This document shows, piece after piece, positions 1-11,004 of a DNA stretch of 45,884 bases. A program made the translations under genes and the position numbers. The notes beneath the pieces were generated by a model. That model saw nothing but the letters and a program-made list of their open reading frames with translations. It made no database searches and was not told where the DNA came from. The stretch is from Octopus bimaculoides (Eukaryota), in NCBI RefSeq assembly GCF_001194135.2, contig NC_068989.1, positions 95,182,718-95,228,601 of the forward strand. The letters run 5' to 3'. The first letter of the stretch is position 1. The number at the start of each line of letters is the position of its first letter.

Positions 1-442
1 AAGAAGAAGAAGAAGAAGAAGAAGAAGAAGAAGAAGAAGAGAGGGAGAGCGGAGAGAAGAAGAGGGAATACTTGTTGCATTGTTTTACCTCTTCATCACC
101 ACCTCGCCTTTCCTTTCTCTCCTTTTGTTTGCTTAATTGATAGTCCCTCTCTCACTCTATCTTTCCTTCTCTCTCTTTCCTCATTTTCTCTCTTTCTCTT
201 TCTCCCTCTCCCACCCCACCTCACCCCACCAAGTCCTTTATTTCGATTTCTTTTATTTTTCGTTATTTCATTTCGATATTTTGCCTGCAACGCTTTCTTT
301 CCCTCTCATTGTCTCCCTCTCCCTCTGTTCTCTCTTTATCTATCTATCTATCCGTCTGTCCGTTTGTCTATTTACATCTTCAAGTATTGAGTTCTAGTTA
401 TCGTGTTTATTATACCGGACGGACAGACACACACACACACAC

Positions 443-487
<45 letters not shown>

Positions 488-517
488 CATATATATATAT
501 ACATACATACACATATA

Positions 518-1330
518 CAGGGAGCGATGGGTAAATTGTTATCATTTTATATTTTTTATTTCGCGCTTGCGCATTGTTTGTTTTTGATTTCGTCGACTAC
601 ACAGTATCGTAGGGTCATTTGGGCACCGTATGTGAGAAAAACAGCACCCTGAAGCAATTCACTTTGCCAGAAGTTTGAAAATGACATACTGTACTGCTTG
701 GCATTCGCACCGGAAGCTCCAATACGAACATTTCAGAGTGATTTGGTGTCAATCTGAGGACAGTGCAATCTGAGGGCATGTACCGAGAGTGATAAAAGTC
801 AAACATCCAGTCAACATCATGGTGTTTGGAGTGATCACTAGTGATGGTGACGTTATGACTCCATTCATCTTCCCACACGGCCTTACACTCAACATAGACA
901 CCTATATCAAGTGCCTGGAGGAGGTAGTGCTGCCCTGGGTCAAGAGGGAAACTGCTGGAAGACCTTATGTTTGGCAACAGGACTCTGCATCATGCCACAC
1001 AAGCAGGAGAAACCAGTCGCGACTGTCAGACAATTTCTGCGATCACGTCACCCCTAACATCTGACCACCTAACTTCCCAGACTGCAACCCTCTTGATTAT
1101 CATATGTGGAGTGCAGTTAAACGAGAGACAAACAAAACTCCTTGTAACACCAAAGATGAACTGAAGGCAAGGATTATAGCAGCATTCAGCAACTTAAACA
1201 AGGAGACTGTCCAGAAGAGTTGCAGAAGATTCCGAAGTCATCTGGAGGCCATGGATGAAGCGAATGGCGATTTTATTGAATAAATTTACTCATCAGTATT
1301 TCAAGATATTTTTATGTAATTTTGGTAAAT
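518..1330 (+). mobile_element. Internally deleted Tc1/mariner-superfamily element, maT (DD37D)-type transposase remnant
   Basis: Starts TA|CAGGG at 516-522. A short HTH-like piece (~690-770) jumps directly to KVKHPVNIMVFGVITSDGDVMTPFIF...WQQDSASCH...NI*PPNFPDCNPLDYHMW...EANGDFIE* (ends ~1281). I count 37 residues between QQD and PLD. Contains an in-frame stop; no clear right TIR. Confidence 0.85.
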
Positions 1331-1479
1331 ATATCTGTTAAAATGAGATGTCAGTGTTGTTTTCATTTTTGCGTAACACAGGCACATTTTTACATACATA
1401 TTCACATACACATATACTACTGGCAGGAACTACTGAGAAGTTTATCAGGAAGGCATGAACAAATTGTGGCAACAAAGAC

Positions 1480-1700
1480 AGAGTGAAAACGAGCATTATA
1501 TAAACATTGCGCACCCCAAAGGATATCTTTACCGTTTCGACGCCAAAAGCAGCACCAGTCTTTGCAACGATGTCAACAGTGATAAAGAGAAAAAGAAAAA
1601 GAATTTGAGCGCAGCTTTGGAATAAAGAAACAAAGCTCACACGGAAGACAAAACTCTACTTGGAACGGAAGTCATGAAACACATGTAAAACTGAAGATAT
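1480..1700 (+). mobile_element. Very degenerate LINE (RTE-like) RT C-terminal remnant
   Basis: KAAPVFATM...LWNKETKLTRKTKL resembles the RTE motif 'KAS.AF..L...W....I...TKLK.Y'; weak, by eye only. Confidence 0.3.
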
Positions 1701-1799
1701 GATGGAAGTCTCTCGCAGTCCGAGAAAGGGACTTCTGCAGTTTCTTTACTGAACAACTTTCATAAATGATTTATTTCTAGTGATCAAATGCATGCTCTG

Positions 1800-1980
1800 T
1801 ACATTAGCTTATTTCCCCTATCAAATCGATGTTGCCTAAACAAGTGTATGGCGTGTCACATGTCAAGCGTCGAAGTGATCGCAAGGTACCGTGAGGAGGA
1901 AGTGTTTTGCCCAAGAACACAACGCACCACCCAGCCCAGGAATTGAAACTACCACCTCGCCTATAACGCTCTAACTATTG
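1800..1980 (-). mobile_element. tRNA-derived SINE (family C, decayed)
   Basis: Reverse complement gives ...GTAGTTTCAATTCCTGGGCTGGGTGGTGCGTTGTGTTCTTGGGCAAAACACTTC (B-box-like plus core); similar to 43570-43760 (-) and 39020-39250 (+). Confidence 0.6.
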
Positions 1981-2138
1981 AAGGTATAAAAAGCATATAA
2001 ATATCACACTTAGAGGAATCAGCTCTATTCCTTTCTCTGGAAATCACAAGGCGAGTTAATCACCAATCCCGTACAGCAACCAAAGCCCGCCTGTCGTATA
2101 TCTATATCTATCTATCTATCTATCCATCTATCTATATA

Positions 2139-2530
2139 CTCTCTTTTACTCATTTACTTGTTTCAGCCACTCGACCTTTAGTCGAACAAATAGACCTCAG
2201 GACTTATTTTTTGTAAGCCTTGTACTTATTGTATCGGTCTATTTTTGCCGAACTGCTCAGTTACGGGGACGTAAACACACCAGCATCGGTTGTCAAGCGA
2301 TGTTGGGGGGGGGACAAACACAGACACACAAACACATACACACATACTTATATATATACATATATACGACGGCTTCTTTCAGTTTCCTTCTACCAAATCC
2401 ACTCACAAGGCTTTGGTCGGCCCGAGTCTATAGTAGAAGACACTTGCCCAAGGTGCCACGCAGTGAGACTGAAACCGGAACCATGTAAGTTGGTAAGCAA
2501 GCTACTTGCCGCACAGCCACTCCTGCGCCT
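2139..2530 (-). mobile_element. Octopus-type tRNA-derived SINE (family A), near full length
   Basis: Reverse complement starts GGCGCAGGAGTGGCTGTGCGG..., has GGTTCCGGTTTCAGTCTC (B-box-like), an internal (TA/TG)n tract and a GTAAA tail; colinear with copies at 9095, 15323, 30526 and 37430. Confidence 0.85.
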
Positions 2531-2597
2531 ATATATATATATGTTTCTCTCTCCCCCCCTCTCTCTCTCTCTCACTCCATATATATATATATATATA

Positions 2598-2908
2598 TCC
2601 ATACACCGGGTACTCCGACACCAGAGACAATGTGTGTATGTTGGAAAGTTCCAGACAGAGAATTCAGTCTGCAAAAGAATAAAAAAGTAGGAAAAAAATA
2701 AAGTGAGGAGAATAAAGTTGATAGCTCATCTTATTTCAGAGGGTACGGACCAATCTCCATACCCTCTGGAATAAGATGAGCTGTGAACTTTATTCTCTTG
2801 TCTTTATTTTCCTGTCTACTGTTTTATTACTCTATGTTCTGTGAATTCTGTCCGGAAGTTTCTTACATACTCATCTTGACTCTGATCACGGAATACCCAA
2901 TGTATGGA
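2598..2908. repeat. Long imperfect palindrome (foldback), ~150-bp arms, 6-nt loop at 2750-2755
   Basis: Core arms GGAGAATAAAGTTGATAGCTCATCTTATTTCAGAGGGTACGGA / TCCATACCCTCTGGAATAAGATGAGCTGTGAACTTTATTCTCT are reverse complements with 5 differences; similarity continues outwards to TCCATAC...GTATGGA. Confidence 0.9.
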
Positions 2909-3156
2909 GGGATATACCAGAAACAGTTGTAAGACATCACTTCAAATTCACCTTACTCTAATTAAATACACTAAGTTACCTGAGATACTCATCCTACCTT
3001 GGTTTTATTATCATTTTCCTCTAACATATACCTGCTAACTCGGAAGCCTACTTCGGATCCCTCAACTGTGAATTTGGAACCTAGCAGATGACCAATCATA
3101 GTACTTACACAGCGTACCTATTCGTTTAGATCACCAGTGAACTAAACCCTTCATAT

Positions 3157-3198
<42 letters not shown>

Positions 3199-3397
3199 AT
3201 GTACATACAAACATACATTTGTTGAATACAACGATGTATTAGATTGAATTCCCTCTGAGCGTTCTTTTTGTAGGCATTTGCAGGCTGGGAATATTTCATA
3301 TGTTCAATTCGAATTTCCCTAATTTTGGATCGCCTGGATAACGTTCTGTTAACATATGTTTTCGGAAATATCAATAGTAATTCAATGATATTTTTCA

Positions 3398-3457
3398 AGG
3401 CGCTGCCCCAGCATGGCCGCAGCCTAATGACTGAAGCAAAGAAAAGAAAGTAAAAGA
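3398..3457 (+). mobile_element. SINE family A 3' tail fragment
   Basis: GCTGCCCCAGCATGGCCGCAGCCTAATGACTGAAGCAAAGAAAAG matches the tails at ~9450-9500, ~15660-15708 and ~30780-30853. Confidence 0.7.
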
Positions 3458-3473
3458 AGGTATATATATATAT

Positions 3474-3528
<55 letters not shown>

Positions 3529-3530
<2 letters not shown>

Positions 3531-3649
3531 CATAAATATATAGGGCTTAGCATGAGATGCTTCACCAACATACTGAAAATTTAGAAATAGCAGTCAAAGA
3601 ACTACTGATTCCAAACTACAGATTTTTCTCTAACGGATGCGCCATCCGT
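3529..3649. mobile_element. Second copy of the long-TIR MITE at 22102-22613, centre apparently deleted; runs into a gap
   Basis: ATCATAAATATATAGGGCTTAGCATGAGATGCTTCACC...AACGGATG is nearly identical to 22102-22213, then continues directly as CGCCATCCGT, which is the inner part of the right TIR. Confidence 0.85.
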
Positions 3650-4211
3650 NNNNNNNNNNNNNNNNNNNNNNNNNNNNNNNNNNNNNNNNNNNNNNNNNNN
3701 NNNNNNNNNNNNNNNNNNNNNNNNNNNNNNNNNNNNNNNNNNNNNNNNNNNNNNNNNNNNNNNNNNNNNNNNNNNNNNNNNNNNNNNNNNNNNNNNNNNN
3801 NNNNNNNNNNNNNNNNNNNNNNNNNNNNNNNNNNNNNNNNNNNNNNNNNNNNNNNNNNNNNNNNNNNNNNNNNNNNNNNNNNNNNNNNNNNNNNNNNNNN
3901 NNNNNNNNNNNNNNNNNNNNNNNNNNNNNNNNNNNNNNNNNNNNNNNNNNNNNNNNNNNNNNNNNNNNNNNNNNNNNNNNNNNNNNNNNNNNNNNNNNNN
4001 NNNNNNNNNNNNNNNNNNNNNNNNNNNNNNNNNNNNNNNNNNNNNNNNNNNNNNNNNNNNNNNNNNNNNNNNNNNNNNNNNNNNNNNNNNNNNNNNNNNN
4101 NNNNNNNNNNNNNNNNNNNNNNNNNNNNNNNNNNNNNNNNNNNNNNNNNNNNNNNNNNNNNNNNNNNNNNNNNNNNNNNNNNNNNNNNNNNNNNNNNNNN
4201 NNNNNNNNNNN

Positions 4212-4323
4212 TGGTCGGTGGTGGTGCTGATGGTCGGTGGTGGTGCTGATGGTCGGTGGTGGTGCTGATGGTCGGTGGTGGTGGTGATGGTCGGTGGTGG
4301 TGCTGATGGTCGGTGGTGGTGGT
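4212..4323. repeat. 19-bp minisatellite (TGGTCGGTGGTGGTGCTGA)n, ~6 visible copies, extends into a gap
   Basis: Direct tandem units visible immediately after the N run at 3650-4211. Confidence 0.9.
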
Positions 4324-4725
4324 ACAGCTGGCAGTGCACAATAAGAATCAACAGGCTATAAATGCCATGTTAAAACTAAGTCAGCTGATGGTTAAACATT
4401 CTAATGACTTCCCTATTATGCTCCCCATTGAAAGCCGATCGTTTCCTCTGCTGTTTCTGGTCAGATTGGGGAAACAAACCTGTGCAACTTATATTCTTGA
4501 CATTTTCAATGAATTTGTTTCCAGTTTTGCCAATTTACTTTTTACTATAATTATGTTGCTCTTGTTATTGTTGTTCTTGCTGCTCTTGTTCTCTGCTTTG
4601 TTTTTCTGTTCCTATTTTTGTGTTTCAATGTAAAGGTTTTTTTTTATGTATTTTTATTTTGTATTTGCTAATGTTTTTGATTATCTGTTTTTCTTGATTT
4701 TGTTCCGTTTATATAATATAATATA

Positions 4726-4783
<58 letters not shown>

Positions 4784-5844
4784 NNNNNNNNNNNNNNNNN
4801 NNNNNNNNNNNNNNNNNNNNNNNNNNNNNNNNNNNNNNNNNNNNNNNNNNNNNNNNNNNNNNNNNNNNNNNNNNNNNNNNNNNNNNNNNNNNNNNNNNNN
4901 NNNNNNNNNNNNNNNNNNNNNNNNNNNNNNNNNNNNNNNNNNNNNNNNNNNNNNNNNNNNNNNNNNNNNNNNNNNNNNNNNNNNNNNNNNNNNNNNNNNN
5001 NNNNNNNNNNNNNNNNNNNNNNNNNNNNNNNNNNNNNNNNNNNNNNNNNNNNNNNNNNNNNNNNNNNNNNNNNNNNNNNNNNNNNNNNNNNNNNNNNNNN
5101 NNNNNNNNNNNNNNNNNNNNNNNNNNNNNNNNNNNNNNNNNNNNNNNNNNNNNNNNNNNNNNNNNNNNNNNNNNNNNNNNNNNNNNNNNNNNNNNNNNNN
5201 NNNNNNNNNNNNNNNNNNNNNNNNNNNNNNNNNNNNNNNNNNNNNNNNNNNNNNNNNNNNNNNNNNNNNNNNNNNNNNNNNNNNNNNNNNNNNNNNNNNN
5301 NNNNNNNNNNNNNNNNNNNNNNNNNNNNNNNNNNNNNNNNNNNNNNNNNNNNNNNNNNNNNNNNNNNNNNNNNNNNNNNNNNNNNNNNNNNNNNNNNNNN
5401 NNNNNNNNNNNNNNNNNNNNNNNNNNNNNNNNNNNNNNNNNNNNNNNNNNNNNNNNNNNNNNNNNNNNNNNNNNNNNNNNNNNNNNNNNNNNNNNNNNNN
5501 NNNNNNNNNNNNNNNNNNNNNNNNNNNNNNNNNNNNNNNNNNNNNNNNNNNNNNNNNNNNNNNNNNNNNNNNNNNNNNNNNNNNNNNNNNNNNNNNNNNN
5601 NNNNNNNNNNNNNNNNNNNNNNNNNNNNNNNNNNNNNNNNNNNNNNNNNNNNNNNNNNNNNNNNNNNNNNNNNNNNNNNNNNNNNNNNNNNNNNNNNNNN
5701 NNNNNNNNNNNNNNNNNNNNNNNNNNNNNNNNCTGAAGGGAAGAGAGAAAACCAGGGTTACTTTCAGACCAACCAGTAACAATAATCTTTCCCAAAAACA
5801 TCATCAACCATTCCGAGTTTCTTTTACCATTTATTTTTCTTGTG

Positions 5845-6118
5845 CCGTGGTTCTCGACCATTTTTTTCTTCACCTCTGCATATCTTTGATTCCTATTTTA
5901 CTTGAACCGACGCTCACAGCCATTCGATGTTTAAAAAATCCTACTAAAGTTTTATAATTAAATACTAATATTAGTTATTGCAGAAAAAAGTGTTTGACTA
6001 TTTTGTGTATAATGCAAGTATAATTAATTTATTACACATAAATTTTAAGAAAACAATAATCTGATATAAGCCCCGACCCCCACCTAAGGGTCGTACGAAC
6101 CCCGGTTGCGAAGCACTG
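5845..6118. mobile_element. hAT (Charlie/Buster-like) MITE, 274 bp
   Basis: Left end CCGTGGTTCTCGACC; right end reverse-complemented CAGTGCTTCGCAACC. Flanked by an 8-bp direct repeat, TTCTTGTG (5837-5844) / TTCTTGCG (6119-6126), 7/8 identical. Confidence 0.85.
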
Positions 6119-6670
6119 TTCTTGCGCTTCCCTACTTTCAGGCGAATACCAAAGTTCATACAGACCAACACCAATACCAGTTTTTCGTTGTTTTCTGACG
6201 TTTACGAAATTGGAAAGAATCAAACAGTCTGACACCAACGTCGTTTTTGCCATCGGCCGAAACACACGGACATCATCAAGGTTTGTGGTGTTTTCTTTAC
6301 TCCCTGGTGAAGAGGAAGGCTTGTGGCGTTGCACTGAACAACACTCCTCATAGCAACTAAAGTTTACCAACTTTGATTGATTTTTGCCGAGATAAACCAT
6401 CACTATTTTCTTCAGATTCCGGCTTTTTCTTGTTCTATTTTTGTCTGATGGGCAAAGTTGTTTTGTAAGAAATTTCAGACGAAGGAACGAACGAAACGTT
6501 TTAGATTATCGAGTTGCGTCTCTCTACTTCAGGTTCAAATTTCTTTCTTGGAGTCGATAAAAGTGTTTTGTTCTTTGAGATCGATCAAAAATGTATTAGT
6601 AATACGGTAGATCGATGCTGTCTAACATATCTCCTTTCCTGCAAATTTTGGCTGGGCGCCATATCAGAAT

Positions 6671-6712
<42 letters not shown>

Positions 6713-7385
6713 GAAATTGCTGGACGCCGGAATGGGTGTTTTTTTAAAAGGATTGCATCGCAGCTACGTAGTTCCCAAGCTCGATATCACTCAGTGACTC
6801 TTTAGTTGCCTAATACTTTGTAAGTATTAGAAACTGTGAGGAAACTTGTCGTGTATGTGTGCGCGTGTGTGTTCGTATGTGTGTGTGTGCGCGCGCATGT
6901 GTTTGTGTATGCGAGTGTGCGTGCGTGCGTGTGTGTGTATGTGTCTGTGTGTGAGTGTGTACTCATGTATTAAATTTCTGTTGATTCACCTAGAAGTAAT
7001 AAATTACAGAACACAGTACAGAAATGCCGAGTCGCGCGAGGGGTACACTTATAAAAAGGACAATTCAGACTCAGGAATGCTTAGAATATGTACTCTTATA
7101 ATTTCACTCACCTGGGTACCAACATATGCTTCCATATATACATCGGACAATGTATATGGGGAGGGGGTGCACGCCTAGTTGTGTGTATACATCGAATAAA
7201 ATATATATATATATATATATACACAATATTAATAAAATAGGAGATGGAATGTGTAATGGACTTTATTGGGTACAACAAAAGTTTCGACCCATTCTGGGTC
7301 TCTTCAGGTAAATCAATAAAAAGTCTCCCTAGAGATAACTTGAGTCGGCTTACGTACCACTATATGTCCATCAAATATATATATA

Positions 7386-8233
7386 CAGGGGTTGGACAAA
7401 ATAATGGAAACACCTAGCATCATAGCATCATAATGTTTAAATATCTATAAAACCGTCAAAAGATTGTTTATTTTTATGTTTTTTTATTTAATATTAGTGT
7501 TGCTTAATATGTTTTGCTAAAATTGCTGTTTCTTTTCAGATACCATCAGAAAAAGGTAATTAAAATTCATTAAAATGGCAGATCTATCAGACTTTCAAAG
7601 AGGTCAAATTGTTGGTGCTCGTATGTCAGGCGCTAGCGTAACGAAAACAGCTGAAATGTTTGGTGTATCAAGAAGTAGTGTCTCGAAAGTAATAGCCTTT
7701 GAGAAAGGGGGAAAAAACCTCGTCGTTGAGACAAAACTCCGGAAGAAAACCAAAACTTTCAGATAGGGACCGTCGGATTCTTACGCGAATTGTCAAAAAG
7801 GATCACAAGATTAGAACTCCCTAAATTACTGAAGAGCTTAATGACCACTTCGAGAACCCAGTTCCCACAAAAACTGCTCGCCGAGAGCTGCATAAGGCCG
7901 GATTTCACAGGATGGCTGCAATCAGAAAACCACTACTTACAAAAACAAACGTTGCAAAGCGTTTAGAGTGGAGTAAAGACCTACAGAATTCGTCCCTAAT
8001 GCAGCGGAAGAATGTTATTTTCTCGGCCGAGTCATCCTTTACTTTAATTCAGACCACCTGCTGAGTATGCGTGTGGAGACAGCCAAAAGAAACATTTGAA
8101 CCAGACTGCCTTCTTCCAACTGTTAGACATGAAGGAGGATCTTTGATGATCTGGGGGCTATATCTTGGAAATCTACCGGCCCAATGGTTCCCTTCATCGC
8201 AGAATTAATAGTCAAGACTATTTAAGCATATTG
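7386..8233 (+). mobile_element. Tc1-family transposon, 3'-truncated, transposase pseudogene
   Basis: TA|CAGGGGTTGGACAAAATAATGGAAACACC TIR-like start. ATG at 7575: MADLSDFQRGQIVGARMSGASVTKTAEMFGVSRSSVSKV (paired-type HTH), then with frameshifts RKPLLTKTNVAKRLEW...VIFSAES (catalytic D changed to A)...GGSLMIWG. Breaks off at ~8233. Confidence 0.92.
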
Positions 8234-8323
8234 TTTGATGTCTTTTAAGACCCCCATTGGATTTGCAAACCCTCTGGCACACACCACATTCAAACGTGTG
8301 CACAGACATATAATCAGAATAGT
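8234..8323 (-). pseudogene. C2H2 zinc-finger fragment homologous to 30088-30190 (probably a LINE 3' end)
   Basis: YSDYMSVHTFECGVCQRVCKSNGGLKRH versus YSA*MSVQTFECSVCQKVCKSTGGLKRH at 30091 onwards. Confidence 0.8.
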
Positions 8324-8755
8324 ATGTATGTATGTATGTATGTATACACATTATTGAAATATGTAAACTTAAGTGAGAAGATATCTTTAAAATCTGGTGT
8401 TGTTCGACCAAAGTCTTCTGTGATATTCGTTCAACGCTGAGTCGTATAAAAACTTTCCTATGTCACCTTCGCTTTCGGAAATGTAGAGAACTAGAGACTC
8501 TACTGGTTCGTTGGAAACCTGTCACCAACGACGCTAAAATACATCTCTGTCGATTTAAAATAAATATTAAGAGTAGCTGATATTGAATATTGTATTCCAC
8601 TTGAATGTTTTCCATTATGACTTTGCATTTTATAATTGCGAAAGTAGCTTTTATCTATAGAATTTGGTTGTAAAATCAATTTGGTTTGTATTTACGAATA
8701 GAGTTGTTTGTTATGGTTGTTATTATTATTATTATGATTATTGTTATTATTATTA

Positions 8756-8787
<32 letters not shown>

Positions 8788-8792
8788 AAAAC

Positions 8793-9000
8793 GGCGAGCT
8801 GGCAGAATCGTTAGCACGCCGGGCGAAATGTTTAGCAGTATTTCGTCTGCCATTACGTTCTGAGTTCAAATTCCGCTGAGGTCGACTTTGCCTTTAATCC
8901 TTTCGGTGTCGATAAATTAAGTACCAGTGAAACACGGTGGTCGATGTAATCAACTTACCTTCTCCTCCAAATTACAGCCCTTGTGCCTATAGTAGAAAGG
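8793..9000 (+). mobile_element. Octopus-type tRNA-derived SINE (family B)
   Basis: GGCGAGCTGGCAGAATCGTTAGC (A-box-like), GAGTTCAAATTCC (B-box), GTCGACTTTGCCTTT...GATAAATTAAGTACCAG core shared with other copies in the window. Confidence 0.85.
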
Positions 9001-9094
9001 TTATCATTATTAATATTGCTGCTGCTGCTCATTAGATCCATATCAGCCCTGAGTGAGCAGTGAAGTATGATCGTCCCACTCGTTCCTTTATAGA

Positions 9095-9500
9095 CGCAGT
9101 TCGGTAGGAGGTTTTGATTCTCAACCACATGGTTACGGGTTCAGTTCCACTGCATAGCACCTTCGGTAAGCGTATTCTACCATAGCCCTGAGCCGATTAA
9201 TGTTCTGTGAGGGAATTTGGTAGATGGAAACTATGTGGAAACCCGTTGCATATAATACATATATACGTTTTCTGTGCATGTTGGCGTGTGTTTGTGTTTG
9301 TCCCCCTACTATCGCTTGACAACTCGTGTTGGTTTGTTTATGTCCTTGTAACTTAGCGGTTCAGCAAAAAAGACTTACAGAATAACTACTGACTTTCAAA
9401 AGATGTACTGGCGTCGATTTATTCGACTAAACGCTTTGCAAGGTGATGCTACAGCATGGCCGCAGTCCGATGGCTGAAACGAAAGAAAGATAAACGATAA
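9095..9500 (+). mobile_element. SINE family A (diverged)
   Basis: CCACATGGTTACGGGTTCAGTTCCACTG head, internal microsatellite, GCATGGCCGCAG...GAAAC tail. Confidence 0.75.
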
Positions 9501-9949
9501 CATGCCTAGACCGACATTATCTAATATAACATATCTTAATGCTGTTGCTGGTGTTGTTGTTGTTGTTATTCTTAGTGGTGGCGGTGGTGGTGGTTACCCA
9601 CAGAACAGCCAATGATCATCACATCTATTTTTCAGACATAATGTATCTAGGACTGCAATAGCCAGTGTATCCTTTCTTTTTTTTTTTCTTTTTGAAGTTG
9701 TTACTGAGAATGATGATGATGAGGGGATGGGACCAAATAGTCTCATAACGTTCCATGCATGACCATCCCGTCCGTATTTCTTTCTTCTTTTAATAAATGT
9801 AGTTAAGGTATAAAAGAGATTCTAGCTGCTATTTCTAGTAAATCGAACGACCGTATAAAGGTTCTCTAATTAGCTCAACACACAGAGTTTTGAACTTACA
9901 ATTCATTATTGGTTTTCAAAGAAAGAAAAAAGCCGTTAAGTTATTGAAG

Positions 9950-10300
9950 TGTGGGAAAATAGCATTGTCAACATCTTTTCTTCGATTAGTTTCTGCCATT
10001 GTTTGCTAAAGCAACTTCATTTAGTGGATAAAGTTTTGTGAGCAACGCTTTGCCAGCCTCATCAGGAATAATTTATTTATGAAGCACTCATTAAATTTCG
10101 GCTTTGAATGATTGGATTTGAAGAATTCCAATATTTCACAACCAAGTTCAAAAGATCTTTCGAGTACCAGTACTTCTACCTCTGGGTAGTCATTTAATTT
10201 CTGAGTGTAAACGAATGCCTTAGTATTGATTACCAATTCCTTTACAGAAAAATGATATTGATTGAAGTGGACAGAATTTAATTAAGTGAACCTTTGTATT
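9950..10300 (-). mobile_element. hAT (Buster/Charlie-like) transposase remnant
   Basis: Minus strand reads LHSEIK*LPRGR then, after a frameshift, VLERSFELGCEILEFFKS...LMRLA, matching the family motif 'HTEVRWLSRGKVLERFFELR.EI..FL...WL.KLAYL'. Confidence 0.75.
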
Positions 10301-10644
10301 GCTTCATCAGGTACGCACTTCCAAACGGACAGACTTATTTTCTGGTAACCTTCGCATTTGGTTCATCGGTATTATTTATTTAGTTGTTTGTTCACTTATT
10401 TATTGTTTGTCTTCTTTTGAATCAACAGTTGGTTTTTAATTTTTTTTTTAATGCTGGATTCTTCAGTTTAAAAACAAGGACAAAAATGTTTTTTAAAAAG
10501 TAGTAATTTTAATCACCAGTATGAACGCTAGTGATGCATCGTGGCAGAAACGATAAAGTCGTCTCTTCAAGTTCTGAGTTTCAAATCCTACTCGCCGAGT
10601 TTAACTTTGCTTTCCATTATTCTTGGACGGCAAAGCGGTGAGCT

Positions 10645-10845
10645 GACCAAATGGTTAGCACGCTGGAGGAGATGTTCAGCGGCATTTCTTCCGAATCTCT
10701 ATCTTCTAAGTTCAATTCCGCCGAGATCGATTTTGCCTTTCATCCTTTCGGGTAGATAAATTAAGTACCAGTTGAGTACTGGGGTCGATGTAACCGACTA
10801 TCCCCTTCTTATACTTCAAGCTTTGCACCTATAGTAGAATCGACT
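10645..10845 (+). mobile_element. SINE family B (a more decayed partial copy lies at ~10540-10625)
   Basis: GGTGAGCTGACCAAATGGTTAGCAC...AGTTCAATTCCGCCGAGATCGATTTTGCCTTTCATCC...AAGTACCAGTTG. Confidence 0.75.
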
Positions 10846-11004
10846 GTTTTCCCCTTAACATGTCAAACCTTGAGTCTATTTTAGAAATTACTATTATTAG
10901 AAATTTTGGCAGGGTTTTTTATTGCACAAAGAGTAATGTACCGAGCTGACATAATGGATTTTCTGTATTTAGATACAACTCCTTGAGTTCTGAGTTCAAA
11001 ACAC

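Noticed and set aside
3557-5873. Long ORFs (200-400 aa) in the track spanning N runs, also at 20351-21065, 23886-24415, 27949-28440, 36130-36747 and 39650-40414
   Set aside because: Artefacts of translating assembly gaps and flanking microsatellites.
6032-6403. 123-aa minus-strand ORF MMVYLGKNQSK...
   Set aside because: No recognisable homology; its C-terminus reads into the hAT MITE, and with the MITE removed it stops almost immediately.
7275-7320. GTTTCGACCC...GGTCTCTTCAGG, resembling a Penelope-like pLTR motif or a splice donor
   Set aside because: Too short to assign without a search.
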